This document shows positions 20,013 to 31,487 of a stretch of DNA of 64,000 bases, piece after piece. A program made the translations under genes and the position numbers. The DNA is from Klebsormidium nitens (Eukaryota; Plantae; Klebsormidiophyceae), in NCBI GenBank assembly GCA_000708835.1, contig DF237316.1:28622-92621 (forward strand), in the 5' to 3' direction. The first letter of the stretch is position 1. Each line of letters begins with the position of its first letter. The notes below the pieces were generated by a model, which was given only the letters and a program-made list of their open reading frames with translations, was not told where the DNA came from and did not search any database.

Positions 20013-23000
20013 CTAGATATTCGCCCTTACATTCCGAAGGCCGTGCGTGAAGTCTATGAAAGACATGCCAGAAGCTTGCCAGAAGCTCGTGAGATTCTCG
20101 AGCTCACGTTCACTCATGGCTTCCACACTTGCCTCCGGCCGTGGCTCTTCTTCAATGTCCTCGGGCTCTTGCTGCATGTTGTCGAGACTTGTCTCCAGCT
20201 CCACACCACCTTTTAGTGCCATCTCTCGCATTGCCTCTTGCAAAAGCTGGGGACCGGGAGTAGTTTGCGCGAATTCCTGAACACCCTAAACATGCATGCG
20301 GCGGAGGCCAAGACTACTAGACTTGGCACGCATCCAGATGTTTTTGATGTTCACGCTTCTGCCCGAACTTTTCTGGAATTCGGGCCAGAAGATCTACGTT
20401 GCAAGTGGCTTCCTCGATCTCCATACCACTGGCATCTGTTTGCCTCTGCTACTGCCTCCGGAACTTACCACAGGAACCTATTCACAACGTCTTTGGCTAC
20501 AGACGTCTTATGCTTTTATGCAGTGGCAGGCACGACGTTGGAGATACTTTGAAAGAGGAAACGGACTTTGGACTTTAGAAATACACGAGGTTCCGCTCCG
20601 AATCATTTGGCAATCCTTTTTGCCGATTTAGGATTGTATGAATGTGTACCATATCTCGCGATTCTCCATTCATGAATATCTGTAGTAACGAGCCGATTGA
20701 TACAGCAATAGGCTTGTTCAGGATGTTCAAGCTTCTGCGCAAAATATTCCCCACGTTTGCCATGTGGCGAGGAAGATGTGCGGTCTTGCATGGCAGAAGG
20801 CTTGTTTCAGGATGTTCAGGCTTGTGGGCAAACATTTCTCAGGAGGCATGGCATGGGGTTACGCAGCAAATTTATGTGAATCGTGGGTGACTCGAAAAAC
20901 AACTAGATGGATATTTACAAAGTGAAAATTCGTTTTTCAGAAATTGGACCCCGTTTTCCATTTTAAACGACTATTGGCATCCTCCTTAGCCATCTCTTAA
21001 CGACCGACTAACGGGCTAACTACGTACATACACGGCGTCTGTGGGCATCGTGCCATAGCATGGGTCAAAAGCGGCCTTGACCACCTCCTTCCATACGCCT
21101 TTGCCATTCCTGCAATGGGATACACATGTTTAACGACTATCTTCTTGTATTCAATTTTTTTTGATCATATGGAAAAAGAAGGGCAGTGAACACCCATTAT
21201 TGCTTTTGGAACCGTAGGGCCTTTGACGTGCATTAGATCCATGAATTACTTTGCGCAGATTCCAAAACATTCTGAACGAGCTCGTCATGGCTCACCTCCG
21301 CCTCCGATGAGGAAGAAAACCTTCTCTTCGCGGATCATGTCGTTTGCGGCCGCATAGGCAAAAACGAGGCGTGCTGCTTTTCCTGCTGCGTCCTTCGTTG
21401 CCTCCTGCATAGGCCAAGAATATATGTTGGGCATATTGCTGAGCTTCTTGAACATGGAATAAGAGGATTTTAGAATCTGCAGCCAGCCAACTGTTCGTGG
21501 TTTCAAGCTTTTGCCCAAACTATTCTGTAATCCAAGTTCAGTAGATCATCTCTGGCTCCGTTGCCTCTGCTGTCGCCTCTTGCAAAAAGCCGGGGACCGA
21601 GAATACTTTGCGCGAAATCCTGAACATCTTGAACATACGTATGGCGAAGGCCAAGGCTATGAGACTCGGCAGACATTCAAGTGTTTATGATGTTTATGCT
21701 TTTGCTCAAACTGTTATAGGATCCGAGGTCAGCCGTCCTACCTCCGACCCGTTGCGAGTGGCTTCCTCAGTTGCCTCCGGCCGTGGGTTTGCTTCGATCT
21801 CCATAACAACATGTACTGCTGCCTCTGCTACCGCCACCTGGAAAAGCCGGGGACCGAGAATAGTTTGCGCGAATGCCTGAACACTCTAAACAGGACGAGG
21901 AAGGCTACTAGACTCGGCACGTGCATCTGGATGTTTATGATGTTTATGCTTTTGCCCAAACTATTTTCAGATCCAAGGTCAATAGGTAGGCTGCCTCTGC
22001 TGCCGTCACCTTGGAAAGCCGGAAACTGAGATTACTTTGCGCGAATTCCTGAACACTCTGAACAGGACGAGGAAGGCTACTCGGCAACGCACCCGGATGT
22101 CTATGCTTTTGCCCAAACTATTCTGAGATTCTGAGATTCTTTTGCCACCTCCGAGTCTGCTGCCACCACCTGAAAAAAGCTGGAGACCGAGAAGAGTTTG
22201 CGCGAATTCTTGAACACTCTGAACAGGAAAGGAAGGCTACCAGACTGGGCACGCATCCAGATGTTTATTGATGTTCATGCTTTTGCCCAAATTATTCTGA
22301 GATCCAATGTCAATAGGTAGGTTGCCTCTGCTGCCCCCAGCTGGAAAAGCCGGAGACCGAGAAGAGTATGCGCAAATTTGTGAACACATTGAACAGGACG
22401 AGGAAGTCGACTCGGCGTGCATCTAGATATTTATGATGTTTATGATTTTGTCAAAAGCATTTTGAGATTTAAGCTAAGTGGACATACCTCTGGATCTTCG
22501 CAAGTGGCTTCAACATCTGCCGCCCTAAGACCCTAAAACCCTAAAACCCTAAAAGCCTAAAACTGGCCGACCGTGGATTTGCTTTGATCTCCATGCCAGC
22601 CCGAGCTGCTGCCACTGCCGCCGCCCCCTGAAAAAGCCGGAGACCGAGATCACTTTGCGCCGAGTCATAAGGCGCCAGGATGTTCAAGATGTTTGAACTT
22701 TTGGCCAAACTATTCTGAGATCCAAGGTACCGAGGTATAGTGCCTTTGCTGCCGCCATCCGGACAAGCCGGGAACTGAACAAGGACCTTGGCGCGGCATC
22801 TGGATGTCTATGATGTTTAAGGTTTTGCCCAAACTATTCTGAGATCCGAGGTCAGTAGACCAGTGGACCTACCTCCGACCCGTTGCAAGTGGCTTCCACA
22901 GTTGGCTTCGGCCGTGGCTCTTGTTCGATCTCCAAACCAACATGTACAACTGCCTCTGCTGCCGCCTCCTAAAAGATGCCGGAGGCATCTCATGTCAACG

Positions 23001-24650
23001 TGGTCCCCCCTCTGGATGTTTCATGTCCTTCTTTTTTATATGATCAATTTTTTTATTAATAGAAAAAGAAAGACATTAAACATCCATAGTGCTATTGGAA
23101 CTAGAGGCCACTGACAGAACTCCGGTCCTATCCTTGGCTCCTGGAAATATTTTGTCCAAAAGCTTGGACACCTTGAACATTGAATGAGAGGTTTTTAGGC
23201 CTTGCAGGTACCTTGATTGTGTTCATGCTTTTGCCCAAACTATTTTGGGATTCGAGGCCATAAACTGCACTGGCACGGATGTCTTTTGGACTTGTCTTCA
23301 GCTCCACACCACCTCCTACTCCTGGAATGGGGGGAGATTGAGAAAAGGTTGCGCCAATTCATGAACACCTTGAACATGGAATGAAAGGTTTTATACTGTG
23401 CAGGCTTTTGTGATTGTGTTCGTGCTTTTTGCCTATATACCTACCTCTGGGTCGTCGCAAGTGGCTTCAACAGATGGCTCTTCTTCAAACACCTCCGGCT
23501 CTTGCGACATGTTGATGTTGCCCAGTTCTACTTCCATCTCTCTTGACGCATCCTGAAAAAGGGCCAGAGACCGAGAAAAGTTTGCGCCAAGTCATGAACA
23601 CCTTGAACATGAGATGAGATGTTTTTAGACCCTGCAGGCTTTTGATTTGTGTTCATGCTTTTGCCCAAACTTTTTCTGAGATCAATAGCTATATACCTAC
23701 ATCTAGGTCGTTGACAGTGGCTTCCACATGTGGCGACCACATCAGCTCTTCTTCCATCTCCGTCGGCGGTTGCTCAAAGTTGTCCAGCCTCGTGTCCAGC
23801 TCCATACCACTCTCTCTTGCTGCCTCTGTCGCTGCCACCTGGAAAGATCCCAAGAAGAGTTTGCGTCAGTTTCTGAACATCTGAGCACTGGATGGAAGGT
23901 TTCTATTGCTGTGCATGCATCTTGTGGTGTTCAAGCTTTTGCCAAAACTGTTCTGCAAAGTGGTATGGTGACTCACCACTTTGCAGACGGGCTTTTGTCG
24001 CTTGCTTTTCTTGGGCAACCTCGCTTTCGTGCGCTTCGTGCTTTCGTTACTGAGCACTACTACAGCCTCCAAACTAAGGCTCATGCTGCTTACGTAGCCC
24101 GAAGAAGTTGGCGAGTAGAGACTTTCAGCTCCTACAGCCATTTTTGGACTGTGGTCTTCCATCTCAAAAGGCGGGGTTTCAATGCTTAGAACCGATGTAC
24201 AACCGTGTTGTGGAGGGAGCAATGCCGACTACCTTGTACCTATTTTTGCTTCCGCCACTTTTTTGAAGCGCTTGCTGAGCTTTTGCAGTCGTGTATCTTG
24301 TGCCGACCACTCCATAAGCTCTCTGTGAACCTCTTTGTCTTGCAGCTTTTAGGAAGACTTTGATTTGAACACTAATTGAAACCTTTGCACGATTTGAACA
24401 CTAATTGAAACCTTTGCACGAACGTTTGCGCACGATGGCCATCGACGGCCGTCGCTGCACGATTGGGAAAAGTTTTGGTCCAGACCTCAGTGAACGGTCT
24501 GAACATGCTCGATCAGCCCTAAGTTAGCCTTGCCTAGTTCCCGCGTGGTTCCCTACGTTTTTCGACGGTGCGAATGCCTAAGTTCGGTGATGCGGGGGAT
24601 GCGGAGGGATCCCGGGCCGCTATGGTCGCCAACAGGGTATGGTCAGAGCA
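20013..24650 (-). mobile_element. Copy B of the intron-rich primase-helicase element, internally deleted
   Basis: Helicase remnants at 21016-21109 (NGKGVWKEVVKAAF..TDAV fused to YVRS*) and 21296-21400 (VFAYAAANDMIREEKVFFLIG), with the same intron as copy A. 20640-21000 is homologous to 9370-9730. Repeat array at 21500-23900. MEDHSPKM exon near 23970-24170. Confidence 0.8.
22523..22562 (-). repeat. Interstitial telomere-like repeat (TTTTAGGG)x5
   Basis: ccctaaga ccctaaaa ccctaaaa ccctaaaa gcctaaaa; absent at the homologous site of copy C (about 27680). Confidence 0.85.
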
Positions 24651-24895
24651 GCTCATATTCCTGGCAAAGCATCCTATAGATAAGAAGCGTGGAAGTTTCC
24701 AACGCTCGTCAAAGGCTCATTTTGTGTCGGAGGCATGGTGACCCTACTTTCTTCAAGAAACATTGGGAATACAAACCCTAGAACAACATCTTAAGTACTG
24801 TGAGTTCCGGGAAGAAGTGGTAACCCTAGTTTCTTCAGGAAAAATTGGGAATACATACCCTAATAACATCCAAAGTACTGTGTTGTTTCTTAGCG

Positions 24896-25520
24896 ATGGA
24901 AGGAGCGGAAACAGTGATGAGCCATATATCACAATTTGGAAAAGAGACAGTGCCCTGCGCCAAACAATTGTGTCATGCGATCCAGATGCTGCAGGCTGCA
25001 TTGGAAGCTGCTAAACAGGACGACCGGGAATGCAGGGAAATAATTGCAACTGTGGTGTGTAGGGCACCCATCCTTGAGGCGCTCATGCTGGAAGGGCGGC
25101 ACCATACCAATGACCGCATCAATCAGGCGATGACGACTGCATTGGAGCTTTCCGTCCAAGCTGTGGATGAGGCATGCATGGCAGTTTACATGTGGTTGGC
25201 GAAGAGTAGCTTGGCACGGATCGGCGCAGCGCAGGGGTTCCAATCAAAACTAAGGAACGCTAGCAACTTCTTGCGGAATCGCATGGACGACATACAAGCC
25301 CTCCAGATGCACATAGTTTACGCAAAGTCCAAAGAAGCAGTAGAGGAACTCAGGGGCATCCACAGTGACATTGCCGCAGCGGTGGATGAGTTGAGTCGGA
25401 TCGGAGACCGCTCAGGGATGAATTTAATACAGACCCAAGCGATCGCAAGAGCTATGGTAGATCGTGCTGAGAAAGGGCAAAAGCTAAAGGGCCACACCGG
25501 TTCGGTCAGGGCCGTCGCGT
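24896..25520 (+). CDS. MLKL-like N-terminal four-helix-bundle domain followed by WD40 repeats (runs into gap)
   Basis: Helical pattern LQAALEAAKQDDRECREII ... KSSLARIGAAQGFQSKL resembles MLKL_NTD. LKGHTGSVRAVA sits at the gap edge and GQDDKTA follows the gap. Confidence 0.65.
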
Positions 25521-26075
25521 NNNNNNNNNNNNNNNNNNNNNNNNNNNNNNNNNNNNNNNNNNNNNNNNNNNNNNNNNNNNNNNNNNNNNNNNNNNNNNNN
25601 NNNNNNNNNNNNNNNNNNNNNNNNNNNNNNNNNNNNNNNNNNNNNNNNNNNNNNNNNNNNNNNNNNNNNNNNNNNNNNNNNNNNNNNNNNNNNNNNNNNN
25701 NNNNNNNNNNNNNNNNNNNNNNNNNNNNNNNNNNNNNNNNNNNNNNNNNNNNNNNNNNNNNNNNNNNNNNNNNNNNNNNNNNNNNNNNNNNNNNNNNNNN
25801 NNNNNNNNNNNNNNNNNNNNNNNNNNNNNNNNNNNNNNNNNNNNNNNNNNNNNNNNNNNNNNNNNNNNNNNNNNNNNNNNNNNNNNNNNNNNNNNNNNNN
25901 NNNNNNNNNNNNNNNNNNNNNNNNNNNNNNNNNNNNNNNNNNNNNNNNNNNNNNNNNNNNNNNNNNNNNNNNNNNNNNNNNNNNNNNNNNNNNNNNNNNN
26001 NNNNNNNNNNNNNNNNNNNNNNNNNNNNNNNNNNNNNNNNNNNNNNNNNNNNNNNNNNNNNNNNNNNNNNNNNNN
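25521..26075. other. Assembly gap (N run), probably collapsed WD40 repeats
   Basis: N run flanked by WD40-like motifs. Confidence 0.95.
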
Positions 26076-26789
26076 TGGGACAGGACGACAAGACTGCACT
26101 TAGTGCGGAAGTCGCAGAGTCAAAGTTAGAGAAAACTACTCAATGGTATTACCTTCATCGTGAAAATAGTGTCGGGTGGGTAGTATGGTCCTAAATATGT
26201 AAACATAGTAAGAGTCGTTGGCTCCGGGGATCATAGGGCGCCTTCGCTCTCTTGAATGCAAAACGGGCTGCATATTCTCTTAATGGGTATACACTTTGCC
26301 AGTGGTAAGGCGTATGCATTGTCGTTTGGTGATGGTGTATGCACTCGCAATTGCAGTTGCGTTGGTACTTCCAGTTCATATGCGCATGCATATAGTGCCA
26401 TTGGACCGTGTTCGGCTAAACTCAACCGGTGGCTAAGAGCCTTCTACAGATAGATTACACTTCATGTTGCACTGCCTGCTGCGTCCAGCAATTTTCTTGC
26501 ATCCCGGTAAGGATGGGAGGGCGCAAGATCAGCAATATTTGCTTACATATCCGCAGCAGAAGTGCCACTTTATACAATCTGGTCTCCGGCTTTCATGTCT
26601 AGAATGAGATGGGTTGATCAACAACGTAATCGAATAGATATCTGTTCTGGACCTTGGGGGCTAGTATGAAACCGAGCACCTAACAGAACGCTTCTTACAA
26701 GCTCCTCATGTTGTAATCGCTTGTTGCGGTTCTCTGCCATTTTGTTTCTGCTATGAATGGGCCCTTTTGTTGGGTTGACTTGAAACGCA

Positions 26790-29700
26790 CGGGATGAAAG
26801 CGGCAAGCTGCTGCGACGCATTTGTCTACAGCTGGCTCCGTTCGTGCCTCCATTGCCTCTACTGTCGCGTCCTGGAAATGCCGGAGACCGAGAATAGTTT
26901 GCGCAGATTCTTAAACACGCTGAATTAAAACATAGATTCGGATGCCACGGCAGGAACTCTACAGGCATCTTGATGGTGTTCACGTTTCTGTCCAAACTAG
27001 CCGAGAATCAGACTCGGAGACCTACCTCCGGATCGTGTGGAGTGACTTTTTCAGATGGCGACGGGCTCGGCGATTGCTTCATTTTCCTCCTGCTTTTGCG
27101 GCATTGTGTCGAGACTAGCATCTGTTGCCTCTGTCGCCACCACCTGCAAAAGCCGGAGACCTAGAGAAATATCGGCGAATTCCTGAACATACATACAACG
27201 ACCAAGGCTACCAGACTCGGCAAGTACATCTGGATGTTTATGAAGTTCAAGCTTTTGCCCAAACTATTATGGGATCCTAGACCTACCCCGTTGCAAATGG
27301 CTTCCACAAGATCCAGGCCTCCGGCCAAAACAATTCTCGCCTCGAATCCCACGAAGACCTACTTTCGAGCTGTGGCAAGTGGCTTCCTCAGATGGCGTAC
27401 GCCTCTGCTCTTGTCCAATCTCTTATGGCTCTTGCGGCGTGGTGCCCAACCGTGTCTCGAATTCCAGACTACTGGCCTCTGTTGCCTCTGCTGCCGCCTC
27501 CTGGACAAGCCGGAGACCGAGGTTAGTTTGCGCAAATCCATGAACACCTTGAACAGGACGAGAAAGGCGACTCGGCGTGCATCTAGATGTTTATGATGTT
27601 TATGCTTTTGCCAAAACTATTTGAGATCCAAGCTCAGTAGAGAGACCTCTGGATCATTGCAAGTGGCTTCAACATCTGCCGCCGGCCGTGGCTCTTGATC
27701 GAACTCCACACCAGCATGAGTTGCTGCCACTGCCGCCGCCCCTTGAAAAAGCCGGAGACCGAGATCACTTTGCGCCGAGTCATAAGGCGCCAGGATGTTC
27801 AAGATGTTTGAACTTTTGGCTAAACTATTCTGAGATCCAAGGTACCGAGGTATAGTGCCTTTGCTGCCGCCATCCAGACAAGCCGGGAACTGAACAAGGA
27901 CCTTGGCGCGGCATCTGGATGTCTATGATGTTTAAGGTTTTGCCCAAACTATTCTGAGATCCGAGGTCAGTAGACCAGTGGACCTACCTCCGACCCGTTG
28001 CAAGTGGCTTCCACAGTTGGCTTCGGCCGTGGCTCTTGTTCGATCTCCAAACCAACATGTACAACTGCCTCTGCTGCCGCCTCCTAAAAGATGCCGGAGG
28101 CCGAGAAAGGTTTGCGCAAATCCATAAACACTATAATGCTATTAGACTCGGCAACGAATCGGACTGTTTATGATGTTTATGCTTTTGCCCACAGTATTCT
28201 GAGATTCGAGATCAGCCGACCTACCTGCCGGCCCGTCACGGGTGATTTCAGCATCCACCTCCAGCCGTGGCACTCGTTTCACACTTTCGCACCAACTGGC
28301 AACAGTGGGATGCGGTTTCTCACAGCGACGCGTGTTCAGGATGTTTGGAGTTTTGGACAAACTATTTTCAGGAGCGAAGGAGAAGGGGGCCCGTCGATGG
28401 GTTCTGTCAACGGGGTGCCCCTTCTCGATGTTTAATGTCCTTCATTTTAATATGATCAATTTTCTTATTAATAGAAAAAGAAAGACGTTAAAAATCCATA
28501 GTGCTATTGGAACTAGAGTGGCATTGACAGAACTCCGGTCCTCTCATTGGCTCTTGAGAATAGTTTGTCCAAAAGCTTAAACACCTTGAACATGATATCG
28601 AGAGGGTTTTGACGCTGCAGGCATCTTAATTGTGTTCAAGCTCTTGCCCAAAGTCTTTGTGGGTTCCAGAGTCAAAACCTACCTCCGAGTTGCAAACGGC
28701 TTCCACAGTCCCCGGCTCTTGCGGCATGGTGCCTACTGCCGCTGCCTCCTGGATCAGCCAGAGACCGAGATTAGTTTGCGCAAATTCATAAACATCCTGA
28801 ACATGGGGCCTCGGCGGCTGCAAGACTTGGTGGGCCAATAGGTGGACCAAGCAAGTGGGTCTGGCAGGTGGGAACATCGATGATGTTCATGCTTTTGCCC
28901 AAACTGTTTCTGGGATTTTGAATCTTATACCTACCTCTGGATCGTCGCAGGTGGCTTCATCAGATGGCTCCAGCCGTGGCTCCTGTTCCATCTCCTCTAG
29001 CCCTTGCGACACGTTGCCCTTGTGACACGTCTCCGGCTCTACTGCCATCTTTCTCGACGCACCCTGGAAAAGGACCAGAGACCAAGAAAAGTTTGCGCCA
29101 ATTCATAAACACATTGAACACGAGATGAGATGCTTTTAAACTCTGCAGGGTTCTTGATTGTGTTCATGCCTAAACGTTTCTGGGATCAAGAGCCGTATAC
29201 CTACCTCTAGATCGTCGCCAGTGGCTTCCACATGTGGCGACCGCATCGGCTCTTCTTCCATCTCCATCGGCGGTTGCTCAAAGTTGTCCAGCCTCGTGGC
29301 CAGCTCTATACCACTCTCTCTTGCGCCATCTCAGGTCTTTGCCATCTGAAAAATCCCAAGAATAGTTTGTGCCAGTCCCTGAACATCTGAACACTGAATG
29401 GAAAGGTTTTACTACTATGCATGCATCTTGGCGGTGTTCAAGGTTTTGCCGAAAGTTTCTGAAAGTGGTGGTGAACTCACCACTTTGCAGACGGGTTTTT
29501 GTCGCTTGCTTTTCTTGGGCAACCTCGCTTTCGTGCGCTTTTTGCTCTCGACAGCGAGCACAACAGCCTCTAAGCTAGTGGTCATGCTACTCGCGTATTT
29601 GGGAGAAGTTGGCGAATAGACTTTCTTAGCTCCTGGAGCCATTTCTGGACTGTGATTTCCATCTCAAAAAGGCGGGGTTTCAATGCTTAGAACCGATGAG

Positions 29701-30065
29701 CGATGCCGAACTAGCTTGCGTCTGTTTTTGCTTCCGCCACAGTTTTGAAGCGTTTGCTAAGCTTGTAGTCTGGCATCTTGTGTGCCACCTTACGGCGCAG
29801 AACTGTGCTAGTCAGCAAGTATGATGATGAGTCGACTTTAGACGTCCAGAAAGGGTTCTGCACGAACGCTGTCGCCGGTGCAGCGCGACGGCGCCGAAAA
29901 AGCTTTGGTCAGAACCTTGAACATCTTGAACACACAGCCGAGTTGCCGGCCTTACCCCGGCAATGTACTCGGGGCGAACCGTTTTCGACGTGATGCGGCC
30001 GAGTATCGGGCCGGGGGGGGACACGCGGCGGCCATCGCGCGGCTGGTTTTTGTGGTGAACTTCAT
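26790..30065 (-). mobile_element. Copy C: 5' exons + exon/hairpin-intron array, truncated just inside the primase exon
   Basis: 26800-26880 matches 12955-13030 (AVDKCVAAA). About 10 repeat units. Third copy of the MEN/DHSPE-like exon near 29470-29660. First-exon ATG AAG at 30065. Confidence 0.8.
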
Positions 30066-31487
30066 TTGGTTTGCTGGCATATGCTGCGCGGTATGCAGGA
30101 CAAAGTGCAGGTTAGCAGACTACAGCCGTCGATATCCTGGTTTGAGTTTTGACGGCCAAATTAAGCCATCTCCGCGGATACCATCGGATGTGATCGGATG
30201 GTTGTACAATGATGTAATCGCTGCTAAATAGAGCGGAGAACCCGGACCGGCCGCAACGGCGCCACAACGGTACCGTACCGACTCGGACTGGCGGAGCTAG
30301 GTACCACGGACGCAGGACGGACCGGCCCATGGACATTCTTGGATCTCAGGGGCAATCTGTGTGCAAATTTGGCCGTGGAAACGCGTTTACCGGGGAAATG
30401 TGAATAAGCTGCGAAAAAGGGCCGACTCGGATCGACTTCGCAGCTTCGGAAGCGGCTGATTCCCGAGCGCCAAAGAAGTAGAAAATGAGACGAACCGGGC
30501 CAAAATAGGGTTGAATTATGGCCGGTTATTGACCCGGGGACTACTTTTGTATGATTTGGGAACTCGGCCTCGGCCGCATTTTGTACGTCACCCTTCGCTT
30601 CAAGTTCTTGTGCTTCAACAGTACAATGTACTGCTCGCTTGCACCTTGCTTCTGCCTAGGAATGGCGGGGGAATGGCGCTTCTTTAGCTAATACATGGTA
30701 ACCTGAGGATACCTTAGGTTGTTGCAGTTTTAACATGGCCTTAGGGTTTTTGAACACTAAATAGATCTCAGGGAGATCTCAAAATCCACTGGACTCTGGT
30801 TGTAGCTGTACAGAGGTGGTGTTGTAAACGACTTGAAAACATGGTGGTGGTGCGCAGCAAGAAGGGCATGGCCTCCAGGCTGTCCATCGAGCAGGTGAGT
30901 GAACAGTAGCGACTTGCAACCTTCCGGTAGCTGTGGCTAATCGATCTGTTCTGCTAAGTTGGTAAGGTTGGTGGGCCATGTTAAACGGGTGCTAAGCTGT
31001 GGCGGCGTGGCGCACTGCATCAGCTCATCAGTTGCAAGCTGCCGAAGCATGTCTGCAATGTCTAGGAGAGAGGTTAAGGACAGAGGGTTTCAGTGGGCAA
31101 TTGAATCCTGTCGGAAGTCCATGTCTGTTTGATGTGTCCGACGTGACATGTGCCTAGTCTGCGTTGTGCCCAGTCTGTTCATCTGTTTCGCCTTTCAAGG
31201 TTTCAACAGTTTTTCTTCCTTGGTTTGCAGATCTGAGCGGATTTGTAGGCCCTTACACAGTGCTTTCTTTTGAAGAAGGGGGCTGATTGCTGTGGCGATA
31301 TGAGTGCCACATTTTATTCGCTGGTATGTCCACTAACCTGCAATGAAGCAGGCAAGCAGGGACCCATTTCAGATTACCAGTCCCCCCAAACCCCCAGATC
31401 CTTGTTGCCCTTTTACAGACGGATATTACATTGACTTGTATCACTGAGGTTGTGAGCGTCTTTGCTAAATCTGCGAGGTGAAGTAAA

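Noticed and set aside
24360-24420. 29-bp tandem duplication (TTTGAACACTAATTGAAACCTTTGCACGA)
   Set aside because: Single local slippage, absent from copy A; no further significance evident.
13020-30065. CRISPR-like repeat/spacer reading of the large array
   Set aside because: The intervening segments are related exons with splice sites, not unique spacers.
2555-30065. Major capsid protein, packaging ATPase or DNA polymerase B
   Set aside because: No ORF with recognisable motifs, so a complete virus is not claimed.
30270-30290. TA-CCGTACC resembling the MITE terminus
   Set aside because: No matching second TIR found nearby.
30841-30894. Possible exon MVVVRSKKGMASRLSIEQ|gtgagt
   Set aside because: Could not be linked to downstream exons; may be a UTR exon or chance.
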